Shown here piece by piece: positions 1-8,152 of a stretch of DNA of 44,054 bases. This stretch comes from a virus (lineage: Duplodnaviria; Caudoviricetes), in IMG/VR virus record IMGVR_UViG_3300034777_000284, positions 1 through 44,054 of that record; one strand, 5' to 3'. The stretch's first letter is position 1; every line of letters begins with the position of its first letter. The notes under the pieces were generated by a model. The model was not told the origin of the DNA. It saw only the letters and a program-made list of their open reading frames with translations, and searched no databases. The position numbers and the translations under genes are program-made.

Positions 1-2
1 AA

Positions 3-224
3 GAACTGAAGATCAGCCATGAGCGGGCAGACGCGCAGCGGGCGATGTCTTGGTTTGCGTTGTGGGGAATGCTTCTTTACCCGTCGCTTGTCGTAGCCAG
101 CAGTATGTTTGGGCTTGAACAAGCGGCATCAATTCTTGGCGACATGGCGTCGGTCTACTTCGTCAGTGTCGCCGGTATCTTGGCCGCGTTCTTCGGAGCG
201 CAGGCTTGGTCAAACAAAAAGTAA
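3..224 (+). CDS. Partial (5'-truncated) two-TM membrane protein, possibly holin-like
   Basis: Hand translation ELKISHERADAQRAMSWFALWGMLLYPSLVV...YFVSVAGILAAFFGAQAWSNKK*; two hydrophobic segments and a basic C-terminus; not in ORF track. Confidence 0.6.
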   Translation, partial: ELKISHERADAQRAMSWFALWGMLLYPSLVVASSMFGLEQAASILGDMASVYFVSVAGILAAFFGAQAWSNKK

Positions 225-236
225 GTGGAGACTGAT

Positions 237-341
237 ATGCACAAAGGCTACTCATGCATCAATGCAAAACAAAAACCCGCCAAAGGTAAGTCTAAGGCGA
301 AGAAGACCAAGAAGAAGGCGAAAAGAAACTATGGGTACTAA
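237..341 (+). CDS. 34-aa Lys-rich small protein
   Basis: GGAG at 227-230, ATG 237, MHKGYSCINAKQKPAKGKSKAKKTKKKAKRNYGY*; stop overlaps the next gene's start region. Confidence 0.55.
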   Translation: MHKGYSCINAKQKPAKGKSKAKKTKKKAKRNYGY

Positions 342-564
342 GCGGGACTACAAGAAAGAGTACGAGTACCACGGAACGGCGGAACAGAAACGACGACGCG
401 CGGGCCGTAACAAAGCTCGGCGCGCTGCGTTGGCTGCGGGTAAGGTCAAGAAAGGTGATAAGAAAGATGTGCATCACAAAGACGGCAACCCGCGTAACAA
501 CAAATCGTCGAATGTTTCTGTTGTCAGCCGCAAAAAGAACCGTGGTAAATATCGCTTCGCATAA
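331..564 (+). CDS. Small basic HNH-motif protein
   Basis: DVHHKDGNPRNN...N motif; start moved to ATG 331 within ORF 109..564. Confidence 0.7.
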   Translation: MGTKRDYKKEYEYHGTAEQKRRRAGRNKARRAALAAGKVKKGDKKDVHHKDGNPRNNKSSNVSVVSRKKNRGKYRFA

Positions 565-799
565 GTGCGTCAATTGACGCACTCAAAATTAATGTAATGT
601 GAAATATGTAGTAATAACATGAGGTTACGCTACATAGACCTTGTAGGGCAGATAGAAGCAAATAGACCTATAACCTCGGTTATATAAGGGTTTACAGGGT
701 TTACGCCTATAGAATCCCTCTCTCTCCGCCATCTTTTCAGACCTTGCCACAGCTGCGTTTCCGAGCGAGTATCTACTCACTGACGCTCATATGACGCAC
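564..799. mobile_element. attP region: core plus candidate integrase arm sites
   Basis: Perfect 20-bp palindrome AGTGCGTCAATTGACGCACT 564-583; TGACGCTC 781-788 and TGACGCAC 792-799; tandem AGGGTTTAC 687-704; AT-rich spacer; directly upstream of integrase. Confidence 0.7.
712..731 (+). other. attP core = 3' end of a tRNA-Ser (T-loop to CCA)
   Basis: GAATCCCTCTCTCTCCGCCA matches the typical tRNA-Ser 3' end; no rest of a tRNA upstream. Confidence 0.8.
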
Positions 800-808
800 G
801 GAGGCTCA

Positions 809-1804
809 ATGGCAACGATTCGGCAGCGCGGAAAAAGCTGGTACGCAGAAGTACGGCTGAAAGGAAAAGTTTCGCGCAAATCATTCAAGACTAAGGCTGC
901 TGCTAATTCATGGGTGCTCCAGACTGAGGGAGCGATAGACAGTAACAAGTGGGTCGATGCCCGCGAATCGCGAACCGCGCTCATCGAAAACATTATCGAC
1001 TTGCTGGTCTACTCTTACGAGCGGTTTGGGATTGAGGTTGCTGGGCCGAAGCTGTCTGCCCTCACTCAGATCAAAACATACTTCCAAGGCACGTCAATAC
1101 ACCAGTTAACAGTCGACGAGGTGTTGGACTTTGCTGCGTACCGGCGGCGCACGGTTTCAGGCAGCACGTTGCAGAAACAGATGTACTACTTCAAGCAGGC
1201 GGTCGACAACAGCCGCATCCGCACAGAGGTTGCTGCGGTCGATATCGCGATCGAGGAGCTAAAACGTAAGAAGATAATTAAAGGCAGCAGGCTCAGAGAC
1301 AGGCGGTTGGAGCCTGGGGAGTACGAGTCGCTTATGCGTGAGGCGGGAGGACATTGGATTGGTCCAGTAATCGACTTTGCGCTAGCTACGGGTATGCGTC
1401 AGGGGGAGATTTGGGCTTTCAAGTGGTCTGACATAGACGAAAAGGCAGGCACACTTACCTCAATGCGGAAAGACAAAGACGCTGAATTAGGCAAATCAAA
1501 GCATGAAATACCGTTGTTAGAGGGCGTGAGAGAGGTGCTCCAGCGCTCACAAAACCAACTTCCGCAGGGGCCAAAGCTTGTTCCTGTAAGACGAGCAGCG
1601 TCAATTTCAGACAAGTTTGCGAAACTTACGAAAGCCGCAAACATTCCTGATTTGACGTTCCATGATTTACGTCATGAAGCGATAAGCCGGATGTTTGAAC
1701 GTGGTATGACTATTGAGCAAGTGCGGGTAGCTTCGGGCCACCGATCATTTGAGCAATTAGCTAGATACGTTAACTTGCGGGCTGGGGATCTAGCAGGTCT
1801 GTAA
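809..1804 (+). CDS. int: Tyrosine integrase
   Basis: TGMRQGE, HDLRH, SGH, RY catalytic motifs; N-terminal arm-binding-like MATIRQRGKSWYAEVR; GGAGG at 800-804 favours ATG 809. Confidence 0.95.
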   Translation: MATIRQRGKSWYAEVRLKGKVSRKSFKTKAAANSWVLQTEGAIDSNKWVDARESRTALIENIIDLLVYSYERFGIEVAGPKLSALTQIKTYFQGTSIHQLTVDEVLDFAAYRRRTVSGSTLQKQMYYFKQAVDNSRIRTEVAAVDIAIEELKRKKIIKGSRLRDRRLEPGEYESLMREAGGHWIGPVIDFALATGMRQGEIWAFKWSDIDEKAGTLTSMRKDKDAELGKSKHEIPLLEGVREVLQRSQNQLPQGPKLVPVRRAASISDKFAKLTKAANIPDLTFHDLRHEAISRMFERGMTIEQVRVASGHRSFEQLARYVNLRAGDLAGL

Positions 1805-2015
1805 AATACGACGCGACCATTGGCGTTGGAAACAGGTATTTTTTACCGTGTCTAACGTGGGGGATTTTTAAAGTACCTCGGTAAATTTGCTGGTAGACGC
1901 TTTCTTTTTTTATTCTCATTAGTTTGGCTAATTCTTCAAGATCCATGAAGGGGCCGAACCGTTCCAGTAGTAGTTTTTCCAATGATATTCGCCATTTTAG
2001 TGCTAAGTCGAACAC
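1770..2015 (-). CDS. Excisionase-like winged-HTH protein
   Basis: MDLEELAKLMRIKKESVYQQI...IPHVRHGKKYLF pattern; convergent with int and overlapping it by 35 bp. Confidence 0.7.
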   Translation of the reverse strand: MFDLALKWRISLEKLLLERFGPFMDLEELAKLMRIKKESVYQQIYRGTLKIPHVRHGKKYLFPTPMVASYFTDLLDPQPAS

Positions 2016-2023
2016 GATAGAAG

Positions 2024-2042
2024 ATATTACTCGCGCTAATAT
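2024..2042 (-). promoter_or_regulatory. Promoter-operator cassette 1 (xis-like gene)
   Basis: ATATTAC-TCGCG-CTAATAT; minus strand TTGACG-N17-TAATAT. Confidence 0.75.
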
Positions 2043-2098
2043 CTGCCGTCAAATCTATCCGGATTTTTGTCCACTTTTGATATGTTGTAACGTTTGCG

Positions 2099-2647
2099 TT
2101 AGTTGATACGCGAGGCGGCAGAGTAAACTGAGATAATTGCCAGCTTTGTTTTGATCTTGTTTTTAGGCGGGAGTTGGTTGTGCGGATAAATCCATCCGGA
2201 TTTTTGTCCTTTTTTGACAACTATAAAATGGTTCGCGTGTGTAGATTCATCAGCTTCGCACACTTCGAATACTGCTCCTGGCCATTGATCATCGTCGACT
2301 AGGTGTTCGACATAGAAAGTATTTGGGACTTTCTTGTAGTGAACTTTGTTATTTATCTTTTTGGACATGTCGCTCAAATTATGGCGTACCGTGATCGTTT
2401 TTGTGTTTGGCAAATGCTCAGTGATGTTTGGATCAATTTCATGCGGGTCGACTTCCATGAAATTAGCAAGCTTTATGATGGCTGCTGCGTTCATTTCGGT
2501 GATGTTGTTCAGGTACTGAGAAATCGCACCTTGTGTCCACCCAAGTTTTTTTGCCGCTTCGATCTGTGTGTATTGCGGCTTAATTTTTTTGTTCCAAAGC
2601 TTGCGTAAATTAGTCACGCTGTTTGGTACTTGAGTGTTTTTGGTCAT
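2099..2647 (-). CDS. XRE/CI-like HTH repressor candidate
   Basis: YTQIEAAKKLGWTQGAISQYLN HTH; no obvious S24 catalytic Ser-Met motif in the C-terminal half; start moved to ATG 2647. Confidence 0.75.
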   Translation of the reverse strand: MTKNTQVPNSVTNLRKLWNKKIKPQYTQIEAAKKLGWTQGAISQYLNNITEMNAAAIIKLANFMEVDPHEIDPNITEHLPNTKTITVRHNLSDMSKKINNKVHYKKVPNTFYVEHLVDDDQWPGAVFEVCEADESTHANHFIVVKKGQKSGWIYPHNQLPPKNKIKTKLAIISVYSAASRIN

Positions 2648-3041
2648 GGCCTGGTCCCTGGCAAACGGTGGAATAAATCCACGGAGCGACATCCTGTCGC
2701 GGTATGTTTTGTTCTACATACTCAGACTTGCATATATTAGTAGAGAAGTCATCCGTTAATATTAGTGCTGTGTCTCCAACACCTAATATTAGTGCTACCG
2801 AAGTACTCACTTTTATGCGCTCTAACCAAGCACATTGGAGCGCGGACAACGAGTGTCGAATCACGGTTTCGTCTTTCTTCGGCAATGCTTTGACATATTT
2901 GTATTCGACGAACAACAGCCCTGCTGATCCTGCATACATAGCGTCGGGCACGCCTCCCGTGTAGGTGTCGTGGATCTTCCACTTATACACATCAGGGTGA
3001 AGAGCGTTATGTATAGACCTAACAAAACTGTGTTCGTTCAT
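2610..3041 (-). CDS. VRR-NUC/Holliday-resolvase-like PD-(D/E)XK nuclease
   Basis: MNE...GGVPD...FVEYK...LSALQCAW motifs. Confidence 0.7.
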   Translation of the reverse strand: MNEHSFVRSIHNALHPDVYKWKIHDTYTGGVPDAMYAGSAGLLFVEYKYVKALPKKDETVIRHSLSALQCAWLERIKVSTSVALILGVGDTALILTDDFSTNICKSEYVEQNIPRQDVAPWIYSTVCQGPGHDQKHSSTKQRD

Positions 3042-3135
3042 AAATTCGGTGATCCGTTGTGGCAACAAGTGGATCAGGCTTGCGGATAAACTGCCGCGTG
3101 GCACGGATAACCGCGCGGCAGCCCTGCCGTAGACG

Positions 3136-3825
3136 TTACTGCGCGTACTGCTTGTACAAATCTTCAGCAACTTTGTAGTCGGCTTCCTGAGCCCAACCGA
3201 TGAACGTGACTTCGCAATTCATAAATGCTTTGCCCATCTTGTTCTCGGTAGGTACGCCAGACACTTTCCACAGGCCAGCGAAACGGTCACCGCCCTTCAT
3301 GCCAATCTGCGAGTTCCATGCTTTGGATACGCGCAGCTTGGAGCTAGCGAAGTCCATGATGGCTGGTGAGCGTTCTAGCTCTCCGGTCACAGGATCTTTG
3401 ATCAGGATGACGTGTGCATGTGTTTCGTTGATGTCGTACTCATCAGGCTTATCCTGAGCAGACACGTATGCGTCAGCTTCTGCTTGCGATGTGTACGCAC
3501 CACCGTAACCGCCGCCAGCTTCTAGCTTGCGCCAGACAACGAACTCGGTTCTGAAGTGCAAGCTAATGCAGTACAGATCATTACCGTAGTTGTGGTTGGT
3601 CAAGGTGTTGACCAAGTGGCCTGGCTCGCAGCCCTCGACGTATGATTGATGGTGCTTGTCGACCTCATTGGACATCTTTTGCAGAAGTTTGACCCGAGGG
3701 ATCTGTACATTCTGCCCGACGTTCTCGTTGCCACGGCCTACGCCTTCGACAGCTTTGAGGTGGGCAGGAAGTTCGTCGGTTGATGCGACAAGGTTTGATG
3801 TTGCAACTGCTACTGATTTACTCAT
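3136..3825 (-). CDS. Putative ssDNA-binding/replication protein
   Basis: IPRVKLLQKMS motif typical of phage replication modules; lies between helicase and nuclease genes. Confidence 0.45.
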   Translation of the reverse strand: MSKSVAVATSNLVASTDELPAHLKAVEGVGRGNENVGQNVQIPRVKLLQKMSNEVDKHHQSYVEGCEPGHLVNTLTNHNYGNDLYCISLHFRTEFVVWRKLEAGGGYGGAYTSQAEADAYVSAQDKPDEYDINETHAHVILIKDPVTGELERSPAIMDFASSKLRVSKAWNSQIGMKGGDRFAGLWKVSGVPTENKMGKAFMNCEVTFIGWAQEADYKVAEDLYKQYAQ

Positions 3826-3849
3826 AGAAATACTCTTCTTTATTCGTGT

Positions 3850-4215
3850 TTAAAGGGATCGAAAGTTAATGCGTCGTATGTCGCGAGGAACTACGCCTGG
3901 GACTTCCTGCCCTAGCTTCCACATTTCTTTGCAAGCCGTAGAACTCGCACGACGTTGAAGGTAGCTGTAGTCCTCGGTTGCTGAGCAATGCGCGTACAGC
4001 GCGTCCCAGTTAATAACCTCGGGTACAGTGTCTTCGTTTATGGAAACGCTGGCTTTGCCGTTCGCGGTGCGCGACAAACCCTGCTCATCCATTCTGTTGA
4101 AGAGTTGGTGATCAAGGTCGTCCTTGGTCTTACCCAACTCCTTTAGCTCAGCGTTGAGACGAGCCATCTCGTCTTTGACGCCAGCGTATTTGTTAATTAG
4201 TTCATCAATTGTCAT
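3850..4215 (-). CDS. Phage hypothetical protein with N-terminal coiled coil
   Basis: Co-oriented ORF in the replication operon. Confidence 0.6.
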   Translation of the reverse strand: MTIDELINKYAGVKDEMARLNAELKELGKTKDDLDHQLFNRMDEQGLSRTANGKASVSINEDTVPEVINWDALYAHCSATEDYSYLQRRASSTACKEMWKLGQEVPGVVPRDIRRINFRSL

Positions 4216-4232
4216 AAGGTTTTCTCTTCGTT

Positions 4233-5582
4233 TTAGGCTGCAGGTTTAAGGTTGTTTAGAATTCCTAGTAGCTCGTCCATGCGGTCGACTTTGCCTTGGA
4301 GCTTTTCGTACACGTCGGTCTCCCAGGTATCGCGTGCTGCAATCTGGATGACTTCGGTCTTCTCAGTTTGGCCAGCACGGTAGATGCGGCGATTGAACTG
4401 CTGGTAGTGCTCGGCGTTGTACGTGGGCGATGCCCAGATGATTGTTTTAGCCTTTGTCATGGTCAGACCATGACCCGCTGATTGGGGGTGGCAGAACACA
4501 ACTTGCAGCTGACCAGCTTGCAGTCGGTCTACAATTTCTTTTCGCTTGGGGGCAGCTGTACTGCCATCGATCGTGGCGTGTGCGAGGCCAAGCTTGTCTG
4601 CAAGCTCAGCCATATAGCGTTGTTCATGCTTCCAATTGAATGCGACAAGTGTCTGCGCGCGCTCGGAGACCAGCTGCATGACAAGGTCGTAGCGTTCTTT
4701 GTGAATTCGTTGGGTGTCACCGTGTTCGTCGTAGACAGCGCCGGTGCATAACTGCAGTAGCTTTTTGACTTTGCTGCCTGCATGTATGGCGTTGATTGTC
4801 GCAGCACCCGTGTACAACACTGAGTCCTCACTCAATGTTCGGTACTGCTGCATGATCTTTTTAGGCAGCGTTACGAACATCGTTTGAATACTTTGCTCAG
4901 GCATGTCGATGCATTCGGTAAGCTCGTATCGGATGTTGATGTCACTGAGCGCAGCAGCCACCACTTCTTCTGCGTTCTCTTTCTGTACCCACTCGTTGGC
5001 GAAGCCGTTGAAGCGCGGTGTGCAAACTGATGAGCGGAAGCTGTAAAAGCGATGACCTAACCGCTGGCCGTCGTCGACGATAAGTGTTGGGTGCCAGACA
5101 TCGAGTATGCCGTTGCTGTTTGGTGTACCGGACATAGCGATGCGGTGATCAAATGCCTGTGCAATCTTGTAACAGGCTTTGCTGCGCTGGCTGTCTTTGT
5201 TTTTGAACGCGGTGAACTCGTCGATGACTAACGTGTCGAAGTTCTCAAGAACGTGGGCATTCTTTGCGATCCACTTAACTGCATCGTGGTTAGTAATGAC
5301 TACCCGTGCGTCGCTTTTGAATGCCGCTTCTCGGTTTTTAGCGTACGCAATTGCGTACGTAAGCTCTGGCTGGAACTTGTCAATGTCATCGCCCCACGAC
5401 GCTTCGAGGATGGACAGCGGTGCGAGAACCAAGGTACGCGATTCGCGGCCCACGATTGCATCGAGCACAGAGCGAGTCTTGCCCGTGCCTGGGTCAGAGG
5501 TGATCAAACAACGTGGTTGCTGTTTAATAAAGTCAGTTGTGACTTTTTGATGTTCGAATGGTTCGTACATAGCATCACTCAT
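4233..5582 (-). CDS. SNF2-family (SF2) helicase
   Basis: DPGTGKT, VIDE, SGTP, GHGLTM, QFNRRIYRAGQ motifs. Confidence 0.9.
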   Translation of the reverse strand: MSDAMYEPFEHQKVTTDFIKQQPRCLITSDPGTGKTRSVLDAIVGRESRTLVLAPLSILEASWGDDIDKFQPELTYAIAYAKNREAAFKSDARVVITNHDAVKWIAKNAHVLENFDTLVIDEFTAFKNKDSQRSKACYKIAQAFDHRIAMSGTPNSNGILDVWHPTLIVDDGQRLGHRFYSFRSSVCTPRFNGFANEWVQKENAEEVVAAALSDINIRYELTECIDMPEQSIQTMFVTLPKKIMQQYRTLSEDSVLYTGAATINAIHAGSKVKKLLQLCTGAVYDEHGDTQRIHKERYDLVMQLVSERAQTLVAFNWKHEQRYMAELADKLGLAHATIDGSTAAPKRKEIVDRLQAGQLQVVFCHPQSAGHGLTMTKAKTIIWASPTYNAEHYQQFNRRIYRAGQTEKTEVIQIAARDTWETDVYEKLQGKVDRMDELLGILNNLKPAA

Positions 5583-5601
5583 TATTTGTGGAACGGTTAG
5601 C

Positions 5602-5784
5602 TCAGTTCTCTTCTACAGTTCCATCAAAGTCCTTTGCTGCGTCCCAGCCGATGTCTTCTTGTAATAAATGTTTGGCTTGGTAGTAGGCTTCGTCTTCACC
5701 TTCGTCAGATACAATGACGTACTCATACTCAAGCGTTCCAATAGGTACGAAAGTAACGCGGTAAGTTTTTGGTGTTTTATTCAT
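5602..5784 (-). CDS. Small acidic hypothetical protein
   Basis: GGAG precedes ATG 5784; first gene after cassette 2. Confidence 0.55.
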   Translation of the reverse strand: MNKTPKTYRVTFVPIGTLEYEYVIVSDEGEDEAYYQAKHLLQEDIGWDAAKDFDGTVEEN

Positions 5785-5810
5785 CGTTTGCTCCATGATG
5801 ATGGTTCAGA

Positions 5811-5829
5811 ATATTAGCAGTACTAATAT
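5811..5829 (-). promoter_or_regulatory. Promoter-operator cassette 2
   Basis: ATATTAG-CAGTA-CTAATAT; minus strand TTGAGC-N17-TAATAT plus extended -10 TG. Confidence 0.8.
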
Positions 5830-6515
5830 TAGTGCTCAAGAAAAACTACTGGGTCTGAGGAAGACCAGCAGTAGCCGCATGTGGTGCAGCTGGCGGTAGC
5901 ACCTGTTTGCTCTGGGCAGACGATCCCGCCGCCAGTATTCACGGTTGCCCTGAAAGGAGTATCCATGTCATCAGAAAACCGGATAGCTGCTCTGTCGGGG
6001 TAGCTGTTATTTAAGCTAGCGTTGATGTATTTGCCTAGACCCCACGCGCTTTTGTGGTGGGTATAACCAAAGACTTTTAGATCTGGCAGCAGGTCTAACA
6101 TGACGTGCCAGAACTCGACGTATTGATCAGAGAAGAAATCGCCAAGGACATGTAGGCGCACGACGACGCCTTGTTTTTTCTTTCGGTGTTTGTGTACGAG
6201 GCGAACCAATTGCGTGCCAAGTTGCTCAAGAAACATTGGGTCTGTGTGATCAAACCGATGCGCAAAGGGCATGTTGTTACCGTAGCAGTTGTCCCACTGG
6301 TCACAGTCAGATGGGCACGTCTTGCGTTCTTCTAGTGTAAGACTGTACATGACGTGGTCTTTCCACTTTTTGACCGTGACTATGTCACCAAGTTTTGCGT
6401 TTTGTTTGCCGCGTTTTAGCATTCGCAGGCTTGGCGGCTTTACGCCTTTTTTGTACCTCGTTCGCGGCGGGTGCAGATTTTTTGCTGGGATTAGGTTCTC
6501 GGCTAAGGATGTCAT
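5829..6515 (-). CDS. GP88-like Cys-rich protein (possible Fe-S/radical-SAM-related)
   Basis: TCPSDCDQWDNCY, RLHVLGDF, FGYTH, CPEQ...CTTCGYCW; AGGAG RBS. Confidence 0.65.
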   Translation of the reverse strand: MTSLAENLIPAKNLHPPRTRYKKGVKPPSLRMLKRGKQNAKLGDIVTVKKWKDHVMYSLTLEERKTCPSDCDQWDNCYGNNMPFAHRFDHTDPMFLEQLGTQLVRLVHKHRKKKQGVVVRLHVLGDFFSDQYVEFWHVMLDLLPDLKVFGYTHHKSAWGLGKYINASLNNSYPDRAAIRFSDDMDTPFRATVNTGGGIVCPEQTGATASCTTCGYCWSSSDPVVFLEH

Positions 6516-6681
6516 CGAGTATCTCCTGTCTATATTCAGCGGCTGTTGCCCGATCGCATTTCGTCATGATCTTGATCTCGGACTTCTTTAAACGATGCGT
6601 CGTCCAGATCTCTGCTTCCGATGGGTCGGTAACAAGTTTGTATTGGATGAGCTTGCCTTCTCGTTTGTAGTACATGTTCAC
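6385..6681 (-). CDS. Hypothetical protein
   Basis: Start coupled to the upstream stop; overlaps the next gene by about 130 bp. Confidence 0.5.
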   Translation of the reverse strand: MNMYYKREGKLIQYKLVTDPSEAEIWTTHRLKKSEIKIMTKCDRATAAEYRQEILDDILSREPNPSKKSAPAANEVQKRRKAAKPANAKTRQTKRKTW

Positions 6682-6968
6682 GGCTGAACTCCTACCCAGC
6701 GCACTGCGCGGTACGGGAACTGCGATACTTTGACTACGCGTAGTTCTTCGCGGTTCATGGTCCGCTTCATGATGAACAACGTGATGGAGACAATGAGCCC
6801 GCCGATCATGGCAGCGAACATGCCGCTGTATGTGCCGGAGAATGCCCAGATGAGAAAGCCGGTTACGGCAATGTCGATGGGTATGTCGTATGCAATGACA
6901 CGACGCACACCAAATTTAAAGATCAGGAACAGAAGACCGAGTGCTGAAAGAAGACCGGCAAGAATCAT
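6678..6968 (-). CDS. Small three-TM membrane protein
   Basis: Three hydrophobic segments; GGAG RBS. Confidence 0.65.
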   Translation of the reverse strand: MILAGLLSALGLLFLIFKFGVRRVIAYDIPIDIAVTGFLIWAFSGTYSGMFAAMIGGLIVSITLFIMKRTMNREELRVVKVSQFPYRAVRWVGVQP

Positions 6969-7040
6969 AGGTTACTCCGATTATGGCTGCGATGAGGAAA
7001 AGGATTTCGTAGACGCTGAAAAGCGAGAATATGGCTTGGA

Positions 7041-7214
7041 TCAATCTGGACTCCGTACAAGTAAGAACACCAAGGCACCGGCCGAAGCAACGAGAAGGAA
7101 CATATAGAACCCAAGCGCAAGGGCTTGGCCGATGATGGTGAGAAAAAGGACGACAGCAATTACGCTTGCAATAAACACAAGCGCGTTGCTGCAAATGGTT
7201 TTGAATAGTTTCAT
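7041..7214 (-). CDS. 57-aa two-TM membrane protein (not in ORF track)
   Basis: MKLFKTICSNALVFIASVIAVVLFLTIIGQALALGFYMFLLVASAGALVFLLVRSPD*. Confidence 0.55.
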   Translation of the reverse strand: MKLFKTICSNALVFIASVIAVVLFLTIIGQALALGFYMFLLVASAGALVFLLVRSPD

Positions 7215-7266
7215 TGGGATTCTCTCTTCATGTTTCGTAAGGATCAGTTGGATTCCGATCGGGAAT

Positions 7267-7311
7267 AAAAAAGCCCCGACTAAGCAGCGGGAGAGATACT
7301 TAGTCGGGGCT
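7267..7311 (-). terminator. Intrinsic terminator
   Basis: 13-bp inverted repeat AGCCCCGACTAAG/CTTAGTCGGGGCT followed by a U-run on the minus strand. Confidence 0.8.
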
Positions 7312-7344
7312 AGGCTACTTGCTTGGAGGGGAAAGCAAGTTCGG

Positions 7345-8094
7345 TTAGCTCACACCCCATGTGCATTCAGGTTCGTCGCCTTTGCGGAACGAACACCACC
7401 TGCAGCTGTCTTTGCTGGGTGTGGGAGCAAATTCTGTTTCGGTCGTCATCTTTACAGCGCGCCGATGGAAGCCAGGTGCGAACTGCATGGCTTGTTCTCG
7501 CGTGTATCCTTTCTTGGTTGTCTCGCCTTTATCGAGGTACCAAAATTCTGTTTGTACGAACTGCAAATGTGGGTAACGAAAGAACGTACCAATGGCGTAG
7601 AGCAGACCTTGTTGACCGTGGGCGATTTCGTTTCCCCACTTCTTTCCGGTCTTGTAGTCGATGACGCGTGCAGACTGTTCGTCTTCATTAACAAGGGCAT
7701 CGAGTTTGATGCGGGCCCATGTTTCTTTTTGCATCCAACCAACAGGTGCCCAGTCAAGGTCATAGCCCCATTCGCCTTCTAGTTCTACTTTCGCTTCCGC
7801 AAAGAGCGCACGTAATTCCTCAAATTCATCTTTAAACTTGAGTAACTCGTCTGCCATTTCGGCCATAGTTCCATTAACGTAGTCTTCTGCGTACTGATGT
7901 ACCTGCGTACCACGGTCAGCTGCTGGGCCACTCGGCTCTTTAATGCCCTTAACGCGGGCGATGTACGTGCGATAAGGGCATTCTTCGTAGACCTTAAGCG
8001 CGCTATAACTCCAAGCTCTGACATCTCCTAACTCCTTTGGTTTTTCGAAATCAACAACTGAATCTGGCCGAACATCCTGCGTAAGCTTGATCAT
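7345..8094 (-). CDS. Cas4-like PD-(D/E)XK exonuclease
   Basis: WSYSALKVYEECP, GTQVH, KLD, IDYKTGK, C-terminal CRWC...C. Confidence 0.85.
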   Translation of the reverse strand: MIKLTQDVRPDSVVDFEKPKELGDVRAWSYSALKVYEECPYRTYIARVKGIKEPSGPAADRGTQVHQYAEDYVNGTMAEMADELLKFKDEFEELRALFAEAKVELEGEWGYDLDWAPVGWMQKETWARIKLDALVNEDEQSARVIDYKTGKKWGNEIAHGQQGLLYAIGTFFRYPHLQFVQTEFWYLDKGETTKKGYTREQAMQFAPGFHRRAVKMTTETEFAPTPSKDSCRWCSFRKGDEPECTWGVS

Positions 8095-8128
8095 TCACAC
8101 TCCTGGTGCGTGTAGTACGAAGTCGATC

Positions 8129-8147
8129 ATATTAGCATAACTAATAC
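8129..8147 (-). promoter_or_regulatory. Promoter-operator cassette 3
   Basis: ATATTAG-CATAA-CTAATAC; minus strand extended -10 TGcTAATAT. Confidence 0.75.
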
Positions 8148-8152
8148 TTGAT

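Noticed and set aside
640-731. Complete tRNA gene
   Set aside because: Only the last 20 nt match a tRNA; the upstream sequence has no D or anticodon arm and no GGTTC
5811-5829. Palindrome as a Fur or canonical LexA box
   Set aside because: Does not fit GATAATGATAATCATTATC or CTGT-N8-ACAG
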